A stretch of 46,962 nt of DNA from an uncultured Eubacteriales bacterium (GTDB taxonomy: Bacteria > Bacillota > Clostridia > Christensenellales > UBA1242), in contig CATKYT010000005.1 in assembly GCA_949841245.1 (NCBI GenBank), positions 1 through 46,962 of the forward strand, in the 5' to 3' direction. The position numbers were made by a program, and so were the translations under genes. Of this stretch, positions 18,801 to 27,448 are shown one piece after another (position 1 is the first letter of the stretch; each line of letters begins with the position of its first letter). Under the pieces are notes generated by a model. It made no database searches, was not told where the DNA came from, and saw only the letters and a program-made list of their open reading frames with translations.

Positions 18801-20159
18801 ATCTTTAATTTCTTCTGCTTTTACAGAAGCATCATAAATCAAAATTGTTGGAGCAGTTTTATCTTCTACATTGTCAAAGTAATAGTCACCTGTGTTGCTT
18901 GAAACTGTGTTTCCATAAACATCTTTAACAGTGTAAATAAATGAATAGTAACCATTTGCCAAAGGCTTAAATTTTGTTGGTTCTTTCAAGATGTCGCCTT
19001 CGAAAACATCTTCATAACCGCTTGTTTTATCTGTTAAAGCCACATAACCACTTGTTGCAGAATTTGAAGAATACTTCACTTGAACTGTATAATAAACATC
19101 AACTGCTTCATTTGCAGGGTCAGTATTTGATGATGTTGCACCAGTTGCAACTGGAAGTGTGCTTTCAACACCTGTTTGGTGTCCTGTTCTTGTCCAAGAT
19201 GAACCAAGTTTCAATGTCAAAGCATAATTCTTTTTATAATGTGGGTCAGAAGAAGCATAAACTGTGGTTGTCTTAGTTGCAGAAGAAACAAATTGATAGT
19301 CAACTTTTTCAGTGCTCTTTTTGTAATAAGAATATCTTACAGTGTAGTCATCAGCGCCAAAACTTGCGTAAGCACCACTTCCGTCTAAGATTGCTCTTTT
19401 AATATAAAGTTTTCCGTCATCACCTTTAAGGTCATTTCCTTCAATCTTTCCACCAGCAATACCACCATAAACACTTACAACGACAACATCTTCTTTTGTT
19501 GCTTCTGAAAGGCTTGTAACAAATTCAACATCTTCTGATTTTAATTCTTTGCCGTCTTCGTCAGTTACATAAGGAGTTGGAAGTGCAACATCTTTTCCAC
19601 TTGCAAGCAATGACAAATCAATAATGCTTGGCAAGAATGTGCTTTGATTATCTTTAAAACCAATTGTTGCCGCTGCAACAACACTTTCAACATTGATGCT
19701 GTATGTGTTTTTGTAATCTTTGCCATCTGAACCAGTGTAAGAATATTCATAAGTAACAGTGTAAGTTCCTAAATTGTTGGCAGTGAATGCTTTGCCAACT
19801 TCAAAAGAATTTGATGCCGATTCATCAGTAAAGTCAACTTCCATTCCATTATATGTGACTGAAACAGAAGACTTAATATTGCTGTCATTAATGTCACCAA
19901 CAATCATATCCTTTTCAGCGCCAATATATGCTTTTGGAATGATATAATCAGAGCCTTTGTTGACTGTTGTTTCATAACCTTCATCTAAAGACATAAAATA
20001 GCAATTTGCAGGATTAAATGTATATGCATTTGCAGAAAGTTTGCCATTAACATAAGCAACAAGTTCTGAAACTGGGAAATACAAAACTGTCATAGCAAAA
20101 GCCATAACAAAAAGCAATCCCCTTAAAAGATATGAATGAGTTTTTCTTTCAACTTTCAT
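15804..20159 (-). CDS. Large membrane-anchored surface protein with bacterial Ig-like repeats (1451 aa)
   Basis: Signal peptide; DKTAP/DNDAP/DTTGP/DVTAP linkers; YTATDKAGN and YSVKDKKGN strands; C-terminal TM plus basic tail. Confidence 0.85.
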   Translation of the reverse strand: MKVERKTHSYLLRGLLFVMAFAMTVLYFPVSELVAYVNGKLSANAYTFNPANCYFMSLDEGYETTVNKGSDYIIPKAYIGAEKDMIVGDINDSNIKSSVSVTYNGMEVDFTDESASNSFEVGKAFTANNLGTYTVTYEYSYTGSDGKDYKNTYSINVESVVAAATIGFKDNQSTFLPSIIDLSLLASGKDVALPTPYVTDEDGKELKSEDVEFVTSLSEATKEDVVVVSVYGGIAGGKIEGNDLKGDDGKLYIKRAILDGSGAYASFGADDYTVRYSYYKKSTEKVDYQFVSSATKTTTVYASSDPHYKKNYALTLKLGSSWTRTGHQTGVESTLPVATGATSSNTDPANEAVDVYYTVQVKYSSNSATSGYVALTDKTSGYEDVFEGDILKEPTKFKPLANGYYSFIYTVKDVYGNTVSSNTGDYYFDNVEDKTAPTILIYDASVKAEEIKDESWKLASRHAPNSVVVYAIGIKDNVSTASESELTRQILTGDEVKLTIDNYDEFNLIFNYGGSDADSDSAWRSMLTNNYLINKAVKKAEKADANAFVSDSDLTTGKTADEKRLAWLQNNGYLIVVDNANALNMYNYFGTIINKQVSSVTDFNSFKSLLTKSLTDANVRKTLSDLGLAYVDCNETFGATTSQVTEIGGTKYYGMGARSYYIRYTATDKAGNKNTKTESMMVSSGVDNDAPTIRFSTTLADKYVPNTTIKIDKPTASDTRDTNMNVVTLYRYLNKTSGTTTVLDVFSEDDEPVKLSNVDITDVFDDLEEKEVKDDSDPVNLLVDKYAKFNGTGYVDLTVDNSTSYSIDLKKAPENANLLQVVSYVYDDYGNLNMYAKEVAIENIKDENPVRFTNDLKIEDDNNFIYNQGDTITLPEFKAIDDAINYVTYDVNAYYVDGDTNISVYETDKNMSMGMFYILNAGKFDAVSAGEYRVSVALKDSENRTIVAFLKYTVSGRTINQAPSLAASLESGSYQLDDNPEINIPTPTVSYNISKSMTKDEYDYLNSLSDLSDAQQASLDAVNYVVVGVDENGAVKENYGSVNVGTLGSVFKPSKTGTYDIVYTAEMTAYNVHMFKYHNELEWNDTTNKYDYGTYYELINTAVDGSGTTKSGIKVETLIDGSYKVTSGSTIYNVSKDENNNIVITKNGIVATDFTSVIGISAETLYNELMAYRLESDTYTISVTDTTGPKFKENYYEELYSPKLSIEELKANAVSDVYSLKIFGLEATDASGLDESSASIRVTGTLANGNSAPSATFDGKDAIKGGEYKINVGAGSNPDGTYTITYSVKDKKGNSATSKVVTIVIGDVTAPKLKFDDKFFDSDKKYTVGEQLVLDPSLITVTNMDKNQCTTKIEVVADADNKNLAEERNGKYYVDDLQVGTYTITVSVTRDDGPTTTETFKFEVTTETQSNTEVYQIVGIVLIVLSVLVLVGVIVYFVVSKVKLDKELKKK

Positions 20160-20215
20160 AAGTTCAAATCTCCTGTTTGAATTTTTAGATATATAAGTAA
20201 ATATATAACTAAATA

Positions 20216-20256
20216 ATTTTAACTTAATTTTACTGATAAGTCAAACAAATTGACTT
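20216..20256 (-). promoter_or_regulatory. Promoter of the 1451-aa gene with an inverted repeat over the -35
   Basis: Minus TTGACT-17-TAAAAT; AAGTCAA-acaaa-TTGACTT at 20238-20256. Confidence 0.6.
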
Positions 20257-20385
20257 GTTACCAGCAAAATTTAAAACTATTTTGCGAATAAGCAATCATT
20301 ACTATGCGTAAGTTTTATCACTATTCTTGTCGAAAAAGGTAATTGACAAGATTTTGCCAAAATAGTTATATTTTAATAATGACTG

Positions 20386-20407
20386 AAAGCAGGACTAAGC
20401 CTGCTTT
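20386..20407 (-). terminator. rplA terminator
   Basis: AAAGCAGG-actaag-CCTGCTTT. Confidence 0.7.
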
Positions 20408-20411
20408 ATCA

Positions 20412-21095
20412 TTAAATAGTGAAGTTAACTCTGACACCAGGTCCCATAGAAGAAGCCAAAGTTACACTTTTGATGTATTGACCTTTTGCTGCTGCTGGTT
20501 TTGCTTTTACAATAGCGTCCATAACAGTTGAAAAGTTTTCCATCAATTTTTCTTTTCCAAAACTTTTCTTTCCAATAATTACATGGATATTGTTTGTTTT
20601 GTCAAGTCTGTATTCAACTTTTCCGGCTTTAACATCTTTAATTGCCTTAGTAACATCAGGTGTAACAGTTCCGCTTTTTGGGTTTGGCATCAAACCTTTT
20701 GGTCCAAGAATTTTTGCAATTCTGCCCACAATACCCATCATGTCAGGAGTTGTGATGCAGACATCAAAATCCAACCAACCACCGTTGATTTTAGCAACCA
20801 TTTCTTCTGCGCCAACAAAATCAGCGCCTGCTTTTAATGCTTCGTCAGCCTTGTCACCACGAGCGATAACAAGAACTTTAACGCTTTTACCTGTTCCGTT
20901 TGGAAGAACAACAACACCACGAACTTGTTGGTCTGCATTTCTTCCGTCAACACCAAGTCTTACATGAAGTTCAACACTTTCATCAAACTTAGCAGTTGCA
21001 GTCTTTATAACATTTTCAACAGCAGATGAAACATCATAAGATGCTGTTTTGTCAAAACTTTCAAGAGTTTTTGTATATCTTTTACCTTTATTCAT
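20412..21095 (-). CDS. rplA: 50S ribosomal protein L1
   Basis: [26 protein letters not shown] motifs. Confidence 0.99.
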   Translation of the reverse strand: MNKGKRYTKTLESFDKTASYDVSSAVENVIKTATAKFDESVELHVRLGVDGRNADQQVRGVVVLPNGTGKSVKVLVIARGDKADEALKAGADFVGAEEMVAKINGGWLDFDVCITTPDMMGIVGRIAKILGPKGLMPNPKSGTVTPDVTKAIKDVKAGKVEYRLDKTNNIHVIIGKKSFGKEKLMENFSTVMDAIVKAKPAAAKGQYIKSVTLASSMGPGVRVNFTI

Positions 21096-21107
21096 ACTTC
21101 ACCTCTC

Positions 21108-21533
21108 TTAGTCCACAACTTCAACGCCCATACTTCTTGCAGCACCAGCAATCATAGACATAGCACTTTCAATTGAAGAAGCGTTAAGGTCAGGCATCTT
21201 AGTTTCAGCGATTTTTCTAATCTGCTCTTTTGTAATTTTTCCGACTTTTTGTTTGTTTGGTTTTGCAGAACCTTTTCCAAGACCAATTGCCTTTTTAATA
21301 AGGACTGCAGCAGGTGGAGTTTTCAATTCGAATGTGAAACTTCTGTCTTCATAGATAGTAATCACAACAGGAATGATAAATCCTGCCTGAGAAGCGGTTT
21401 TGTCATTGAATTCTTTAACAAAGCCTGCGATGTTGATACCATGAGGTCCAAGAGAAGAACCTACTGGTGGTCCAGGGGTGGCTTTGCCCGCTTCAAGTTG
21501 CAATTTAACCATTGCTTTAACTTTCTTTGCCAT
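21108..21533 (-). CDS. rplK: 50S ribosomal protein L11
   Basis: [22 protein letters not shown] motifs. Confidence 0.99.
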   Translation of the reverse strand: MAKKVKAMVKLQLEAGKATPGPPVGSSLGPHGINIAGFVKEFNDKTASQAGFIIPVVITIYEDRSFTFELKTPPAAVLIKKAIGLGKGSAKPNKQKVGKITKEQIRKIAETKMPDLNASSIESAMSMIAGAARSMGVEVVD

Positions 21534-21545
21534 TTTTCCCTCCTA

Positions 21546-21583
21546 ATGTGGTGTAATTTGAGCCATGGCTTGACTCTCCCACA
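21546..21583 (-). promoter_or_regulatory. L1-binding leader of the rplK-rplA operon
   Basis: Minus strand GTGGGAG...ACCAC helix just before the RBS, as in Firmicute rplK leaders. Confidence 0.65.
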
Positions 21584-21652
21584 AAATTAAAGCCTTTTAA
21601 TGTCATACTCAGGACAAATATTTTAATGATTTACATCAAAAAATATCAAAAA

Positions 21653-21868
21653 TTAAATCATGCGAATAATATCTTCTTTTTTTGCAAGTTTTTCACAACC
21701 TTCATGAAGTGAATCCCAAAAAGGCTTTTCAGAAAGCGGTGGAGATGGTGGAAGATGATCGTGATCTCTTCGGCAGTATGCTTCTGTTATTTTTTCTAAT
21801 GTTTTAGAATCATAACCAAAAATTTTTTCTTCTGAACTTTTGATCTTTTCATATTGAGATCTATTCAT
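21653..21868 (-). CDS. Small hypothetical protein (71 aa) between nusG and rplK
   Basis: MNRSQYEKIK...; AAGGGAG RBS overlapping the nusG stop. Confidence 0.65.
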   Translation of the reverse strand: MNRSQYEKIKSSEEKIFGYDSKTLEKITEAYCRRDHDHLPPSPPLSEKPFWDSLHEGCEKLAKKEDIIRMI

Positions 21869-21878
21869 AATTTCTCCC

Positions 21879-22409
21879 TTATCCCTGAATTTTGTGAACT
21901 TGACTGAATTCAAGTTCCACATTATTTTCTCTGCCAAACATCTCAACGCTGACTGTAACAAGTCCACCTTCTGCATTTACAGAAACGATGTTTCCAATCA
22001 TTTTGTCAAGTGGACCTTCAATGATTTCCACTTTATCACCAACTTCAAGATCGGTTTCAACTTTGATTTTTTCCAGTCTAAGTTTCATAACTTCTTCTTC
22101 TGTCAAAGCAAGAGGTCTGCCCTTAGGTCCAACAAAACCAGTGATGCCACGAGTTCTTGTAACATTGTGCCAAAGGTCGTCACCATAAATCATTTTGACT
22201 AAAAGATAGCAAGGCATACTTTTTCTTGTAACCAATTTCTTTTTGCCATTTTTTTCTTCAATGACATCTTCTTCTGGAATAATGATGTCAAAAATTCTGT
22301 CTTGCAAATTAAACTTTTCAACAACTGTTTCAAGGTTTTCCTTTGCCACATTTTCATATCCTGAAAATGTGTGAAGCACATACCATTTTGGTTCTGGTGA
22401 ATGTTCCAT
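21879..22409 (-). CDS. nusG: Transcription termination/antitermination factor NusG
   Basis: WYVLHTFSGYE, GITGFVG, KOW domain, VEMFGRE. Confidence 0.98.
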   Translation of the reverse strand: MEHSPEPKWYVLHTFSGYENVAKENLETVVEKFNLQDRIFDIIIPEEDVIEEKNGKKKLVTRKSMPCYLLVKMIYGDDLWHNVTRTRGITGFVGPKGRPLALTEEEVMKLRLEKIKVETDLEVGDKVEIIEGPLDKMIGNIVSVNAEGGLVTVSVEMFGRENNVELEFSQVHKIQG

Positions 22410-22454
22410 AAAAATTTACTCCTTAAAATATTTCAAATAAAAGGTCTTTTTCAA

Positions 22455-22862
22455 TTATGATAAAAGTCCTGAAAGCCATCCAAGCAAAGTGTTTACGCCA
22501 AACAAGAAAACACCAAAGATAAGAACGAAAGCAATAACAATTCCAGTTTTCTTGACAACATCAGGAAAAGTTGGCCAAGTAACCTTTTTAAGTTCGGACA
22601 TAATTTCTTTAATTCGTCTGCCAAAACTCTTTTTTTCTTTGTCTTTCTTTTTGCTTTTTTTCTTGTCTTTAGACTTGTCTTTTTCTGGTTGTTTGCCAGT
22701 TTTCTTTTCGTCTTTTACCTTTTTGTCTTTTGCAGGCGCTTCTGTAACAACATTACCTTCATAAATATCGGTGCGCTTTTCTTCTGTCATTTGTTGAAGT
22801 TCCGCTTCCATGTTCTGTTGTTTAACAGGTTTTTGCTTTTTCTTAGCCTTTGACTTAGACAT
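22455..22862 (-). CDS. secE: Preprotein translocase SecE with long charged N-terminal extension
   Basis: ELKKVTWP motif plus single TM; position between rpmG and nusG. Confidence 0.93.
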   Translation of the reverse strand: MSKSKAKKKQKPVKQQNMEAELQQMTEEKRTDIYEGNVVTEAPAKDKKVKDEKKTGKQPEKDKSKDKKKSKKKDKEKKSFGRRIKEIMSELKKVTWPTFPDVVKKTGIVIAFVLIFGVFLFGVNTLLGWLSGLLS

Positions 22863-22879
22863 AACATCCTCCAAAAAAA

Positions 22880-23041
22880 TTACTTTGTTTCTTTATGCTT
22901 TGTGCGTTTATTACATCTTGGGCAATACTTATTGATTTCAATTCTTTCAGCATTAGCAGAAGTGTTTTTTTCGGTGGAATAGTTTCTTTCTTTACATTCT
23001 GTGCATTCCAATGTGATGATTTTGCGTTTTGGTGCTGCCAT
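22880..23041 (-). CDS. rpmG: 50S ribosomal protein L33, Zn-binding type (not in ORF track)
   Basis: Hand translation [53 protein letters not shown]. Confidence 0.97.
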   Translation of the reverse strand: MAAPKRKIITLECTECKERNYSTEKNTSANAERIEINKYCPRCNKRTKHKETK

Positions 23042-23056
23042 TTTAAATCTCCTAAC

Positions 23057-23121
23057 AAAAAAACTAACACCCTTTGAAAAAGTGTCAGTTTAAATATATC
23101 ATACAATGCCATCTAAGTCAA
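23057..23121 (-). promoter_or_regulatory. rpmG-secE-nusG promoter followed by a terminator-like hairpin
   Basis: TTGACT-17-TATATT, then AAACTGACACTTT-ttcaa-AGGGTGTTAGTTT and a T-run before the RBS. Confidence 0.6.
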
Positions 23122-23149
23122 GTGATTTTCCAAATATATTGAAAATATT

Positions 23150-24040
23150 TTAGTTGTCGCCCTTACCTGCTCCTTCTGAAATTAAAGGCAAATTAGAATT
23201 AACTGCTTTTTCATTCATTTTGATGTGAGCCTTGTTGCAAACAGCCCTTTTAAGACAAATAGCCAACGATTCGGCAGTTGAAACTTTTTGACTTTTATAA
23301 TTAGGCTTTTCTGCAATAGGAAATTTCCAAAATGAAACAGTATATGAGGCATAGTTTAATCTTTCATCAAAATTTTCAAATCCCTTATAATTGGAAATAA
23401 GCGGAAATTCCTCACATGAAGTAATTTCAAATGCATCAAAACTTTTTAAAAAATCAAAATATTTTTTTTCAATATATTGCTCATGAGATTTATTAAAAGT
23501 CAATTTATTTCCAATCTTTGATTTAAAAGCAGAAGAATAATGTTCATCAGCAAACGCTTCTTCCACCTTAACTCTTTCTTTGCTTAAAAACTGGTCAAAA
23601 AGTTCCAAAGTCATGCGAGTGATTACTTCTCCATAATTCAAGCAATTGGAATAATAAGGAAGATGAATGTAAAAGGTTTTTAAAACAGGAATATAAGATT
23701 GTTCATCTTTAACCTTATATTTTTGAATTAAAGATTTTTGTTTTTCGCTGTTTACATCCAATGCTGCAATTTTTTTGTTTTCATATAAAGGTTGCAATGA
23801 AAAAGATTTAAATTGTTTTTTCCCAACTATCACATTTATTGCTTTTGGCTTTTCTTTTAAAGTTAAATTTGTCCGAGAAGAAGCAAGTGGCATTCCTAAA
23901 ACAATTTTATTCTTTTCAGGAAAATATCTTTCATTGCCAGGTGTAATGTTTACCATCCCTTCTGAGCCTGCACGCATAACCAAAAGTTTTTCTCTTAAAA
24001 TTTCATAAACTTCTTTAAATTGTTCTTCATTTAATTTCAT
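23150..24040 (-). CDS. Hypothetical protein (orphan)
   Basis: About 296 aa from MKLNEEQ; GGAG RBS; TTGACA-17-TAAAAT promoter. Confidence 0.75.
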   Translation of the reverse strand: MKLNEEQFKEVYEILREKLLVMRAGSEGMVNITPGNERYFPEKNKIVLGMPLASSRTNLTLKEKPKAINVIVGKKQFKSFSLQPLYENKKIAALDVNSEKQKSLIQKYKVKDEQSYIPVLKTFYIHLPYYSNCLNYGEVITRMTLELFDQFLSKERVKVEEAFADEHYSSAFKSKIGNKLTFNKSHEQYIEKKYFDFLKSFDAFEITSCEEFPLISNYKGFENFDERLNYASYTVSFWKFPIAEKPNYKSQKVSTAESLAICLKRAVCNKAHIKMNEKAVNSNLPLISEGAGKGDN

Positions 24041-24173
24041 ATTTTTACTCCGCATGGTATTTTATTCAAAATAAACACATTTGTCAACCCTTTTTACAAA
24101 AATAAAAACAAAAGCAAGGTTTGCTTTTATTTCAATCACATAAAAAAATCACAACAAATGCTGTGATTTAAAA

Positions 24174-24440
24174 TTAACCTTCAACAACTGCATCAATATA
24201 CATTGCAGTTTCATTTGGTCTGCATTTTTCAGCAAAAATTTCCAACCTTGTAGGGTCATTATATTCAGTTTCATATTTAAGAGCATAAGAAAAATAAACT
24301 TTTAAAATTTCTTTTGCATATAAATATGCTTCTGACATATTGTCACCTTTTGTGTATATTCCAAGGTCAGGAAAGAAAACTTGGAAACCATCTTCTTCTT
24401 TGACGAAAATAGCAGGATATAAAAACTGATATTTTTTCAT
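24174..24440 (-). CDS. HicB-family antitoxin-like protein (short, solitary)
   Basis: YPAIF..E..G..VFFPDL..TKGD..EA...AKEIL signature. Confidence 0.8.
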   Translation of the reverse strand: MKKYQFLYPAIFVKEEDGFQVFFPDLGIYTKGDNMSEAYLYAKEILKVYFSYALKYETEYNDPTRLEIFAEKCRPNETAMYIDAVVEG

Positions 24441-24510
24441 AAAAACTCCCAAACCACTTACTTATAGTTTGATTTTAACACAAAAATATAATTTTTCAAA
24501 ACAAAAATAA

Positions 24511-24539
24511 AAAAAATATCGCATTTTTGCGATATTTTT
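24511..24539 (-). terminator. Intrinsic terminator
   Basis: AAAAATATCGCA-tttt-TGCGATATTTTT. Confidence 0.8.
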
Positions 24540-24792
24540 AGCGTTCCATTGTTGGATCTTTAACTTCTACTTTTCCATCGTTTATTGGAAATTCAAAACC
24601 TTTATTATTGTTAAACCAACCTATTGGGGCTGTATTAAGGTCTTTATCGTTATGTTCAGTTTCTTTGATTCCTTTTAAATTAAGCCATTCTGAAAGATCT
24701 TCTGGTTTACAAGCACCAAAAACAATTGTTGTACCTTGTTTAACAGTTTCAGGTGCTTTAATTACAACACCTTCTTCTAACTTTGCTTTCAT
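24538..24792 (-). CDS. Small hypothetical protein
   Basis: MKAKLEEG..PTMER; GGAGGT RBS; own promoter and terminator. Confidence 0.7.
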   Translation of the reverse strand: MKAKLEEGVVIKAPETVKQGTTIVFGACKPEDLSEWLNLKGIKETEHNDKDLNTAPIGWFNNNKGFEFPINDGKVEVKDPTMER

Positions 24793-24899
24793 AGTCAATT
24801 ACCTCCGTAATCTTTTCTTGATGACCTTATAATAACACATTTTTCTTTATTTGTAAATACTTTTTTGAAAAATTTTTTTAAGAAATTTTTGAACCAGAT

Positions 24900-26675
24900 T
24901 TACATCTTTTCCACACTGTCAATACCAAGTGTCCATAAAGCTTTTTCTAAACATGACTTAACTAAATTGCAAAGAGCAAGCATACTTGACTTTTTGTTTT
25001 GGTCATTCTCAGTCAAAATCTTATGATTGTTATAGAAAGTGGAAAATGCACTTGCAAGGTCAAAAGTTGACAAACAAAGGTTATTTAGCGAATATGTTTC
25101 ATAAGCAATTTGATAAGAAGAAATAAGTTTGATAAGAGCCAAAATAATGTTTCTTTCATCATCATTTTCCACTTCAACTTTTCCGCCTTTAAACTCACCT
25201 TTGACAAGCAAAGAGTTGATGCGTGCAATTGTATATTGAATATATGGTCCAGTTTTTCCGTCAAAAGACAAAAACTTTTCCATGTCAAAAACATAATCTT
25301 TTGCCACCGTGTTGGAAAGGTCCCCAAACTTCATTGCTCCAACACCTATTCGTCTTGCAAGTTCATTGTCACCCACGATGCCATTTTCGGCAAGTTTGGC
25401 ACTTGCACTTTCCACAAGCATATTTACAACATCTTTAAGTTTAACAACTCCGCCTGCTCTGGTTTTGAAAGGTTTGCCGTCACGACCATTCATTGTTCCA
25501 AATGCAACATGAGTAAGTTTTTGTTTTTCTGGCGAAATTCCAGAAAGTTTACAGCATCTGAACACCTGCTCGAAATGCACGCTTTGACGATTATCTGTAA
25601 TATAAACAATTTCATCTGGATTAAATTCTTTGTTGCGCATTAATATTGTGGCAATGTCAGTTGTTGCATACAAATCTCCACCATTATATTTCTTAATAAT
25701 CGCAGGTGGCATTGGATTTTTATATCGCTGTGGCTCATCTTCACTTTTCTTAGGAATAGGCACATGCTCGCCTTCACGAGCCACATCAACAACCAAAGCG
25801 CCTTCACTTTCACGAGCCAATTTTTTGTCAACAAAGATGTTTATGGCATTGTCAATGTAAGGGAAAGAATCACTTTCTCCTAAATACAACTCAAAAGTGG
25901 CGTTTAAAAGATTGTAATTTTTTTCAATTTCACAAACAGATAATTTTCTTATCTTATTATATATAGAAAAATAAGGTTCTTTTTTTTGTTGAATGAAAAG
26001 AGTGTATTCATCTGCCAACTTTTTAAATTCTTCATCTTCATCTTTGCGTTTGCTTGCTTTTGGATATTCTTCATTCAAAACATCAAGTGTAACATTTTTA
26101 AGTTCCAATTCAGTTAAATTAGCATTCTTTGCAAAAAACTGATCCAAAAATCCATCTTGATGAAGTTGCAAAATTGTCAATCCCATTTGAAGTCCAAAAT
26201 CACCAAGATGCACATCAGAAATCGTCTTGTCGCCCATAACCATGTGCAAACGCTTTAATGCTTCCCCAACAATTGGCGAACGCAAATGTCCCACATGCAA
26301 TTCTTTTGCCACATTTGCCCCACCATAATCAAAGAAAATAAGTCTTGGATTTTTCACTTTTTCTATACCAGAATTTTTATCTGTTAAAACAAACTCTGCA
26401 AAGTTTGAAAGTGCTTTATCTGAAACTTTAACATTAATAAAACCTGGCATAACGGCAGAAAATTCAAATTCATCATTTTTAATGTTTTCCACGATTTTTG
26501 TCGCCACATCTAAAGGTTTGCACCCTATACTTTTTGCCACAATCATGGCAAAATTACTTTGGAAATCACAAAGTTCTGGACGATTGGAAAAAGAAACTGC
26601 AAGCCCATCACAAGAATATCCCAACTTTTTGACAGCGACACTTAAAATTTCGGTTATTTGTTCTTTAAAATTCAT
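24900..26675 (-). CDS. argS: Arginine--tRNA ligase
   Basis: DYGGANVAKELHVGHLRS (HIGH-like), GDFGLQMG, KPFKTRAG, GPYIQY. Confidence 0.97.
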   Translation of the reverse strand: MNFKEQITEILSVAVKKLGYSCDGLAVSFSNRPELCDFQSNFAMIVAKSIGCKPLDVATKIVENIKNDEFEFSAVMPGFINVKVSDKALSNFAEFVLTDKNSGIEKVKNPRLIFFDYGGANVAKELHVGHLRSPIVGEALKRLHMVMGDKTISDVHLGDFGLQMGLTILQLHQDGFLDQFFAKNANLTELELKNVTLDVLNEEYPKASKRKDEDEEFKKLADEYTLFIQQKKEPYFSIYNKIRKLSVCEIEKNYNLLNATFELYLGESDSFPYIDNAINIFVDKKLARESEGALVVDVAREGEHVPIPKKSEDEPQRYKNPMPPAIIKKYNGGDLYATTDIATILMRNKEFNPDEIVYITDNRQSVHFEQVFRCCKLSGISPEKQKLTHVAFGTMNGRDGKPFKTRAGGVVKLKDVVNMLVESASAKLAENGIVGDNELARRIGVGAMKFGDLSNTVAKDYVFDMEKFLSFDGKTGPYIQYTIARINSLLVKGEFKGGKVEVENDDERNIILALIKLISSYQIAYETYSLNNLCLSTFDLASAFSTFYNNHKILTENDQNKKSSMLALCNLVKSCLEKALWTLGIDSVEKM

Positions 26676-26752
26676 TTTATTCTCCAAGTAAAACTTAATT
26701 ATTAAATTATAAAAAATAAAAATAATTTTGTCAACCTATTTATCTTTCCAAC

Positions 26753-26777
26753 AAAAAAGGCTGAAAAATCCAGCCTT
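26753..26777 (-). terminator. recR terminator
   Basis: AAGGCTG-loop-CAGCCTT with minus-strand T-tract. Confidence 0.7.
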
Positions 26778-27369
26778 AAATTTCTTGTCTTTGTTCCAAT
26801 GCTTTTTCAAGTGTAACTTCATCAGCAAATTCAATATCACTTCCCATTGAAATGCCTTGTGCAAGTCTTGTAACTTTTACACCCAAAGGTTTTAAAAGTC
26901 TTGCAATATACATTGCAGTGGCTTCCCCTTCCACATTTGGATTTGTCGCCATAATTACTTCCTTGACGCCATTTTTATTGACACGAGCCAAAAGTTCCTT
27001 AATTTTTAAATCATTTGGACCTTTGTTTTCCAACGGATTGATTGTGCCAAACAATACATGATAAACTCCATCAAAACTTTTAACTTTTTCCATGGAAATA
27101 ATGTCTTTTGGTTCTTGCACAACACAGATAAGTTTGTTGTTTCTGCGTTGACAAATTGGACAAACATCACTTGAACTGTAATTTCCACATTCTTTGCAAA
27201 GTCTGACTTTATCCTTAACTTCCAAAATTGCCTTAGCAAAATTTTCTGCTTTGTCTTTGTTGTTTTCAATAATATAAAAAGCATAGCGTTGTGCAGTCTT
27301 TTTTCCGACCCCTGGCAACGCTCTGAAATATTCAATCAATCTTTCAATAGGCTCATCAAATTCGTTCAT
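26776..27369 (-). CDS. recR: Recombination mediator RecR
   Basis: LPGVGKKTAQR HhH, C4 zinc finger, TOPRIM (EGEATA); start MNEFDEP after GGAG. Confidence 0.98.
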   Translation of the reverse strand: MNEFDEPIERLIEYFRALPGVGKKTAQRYAFYIIENNKDKAENFAKAILEVKDKVRLCKECGNYSSSDVCPICQRRNNKLICVVQEPKDIISMEKVKSFDGVYHVLFGTINPLENKGPNDLKIKELLARVNKNGVKEVIMATNPNVEGEATAMYIARLLKPLGVKVTRLAQGISMGSDIEFADEVTLEKALEQRQEI

Positions 27370-27380
27370 AACACTCCGTT

Positions 27381-27448
27381 TCGCCGCCAAACAAAATCGT
27401 GCTCTGTCCATCAAGTAAGTAAAATAATCCGCTGGCGATTTGCGGCGA
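27381..27448. ncRNA. Candidate GC-rich structured element in the ybaB-recR spacer
   Basis: TCGCCGC/GCGGCGA and AAATCG/CGATTT complementary arms. Confidence 0.3.

Noticed and set aside
20270-20370. c-di-GMP-I riboswitch upstream of the surface protein gene
   Set aside because: Only a GGCAAA seed matches; the GAAA tetraloop and downstream motif are absent, and the likely promoter lies downstream of it
22855-23112. 85-aa minus-strand ORF in the track over the rpmG locus
   Set aside because: Wrong frame; the real gene is rpmG at 22880-23041
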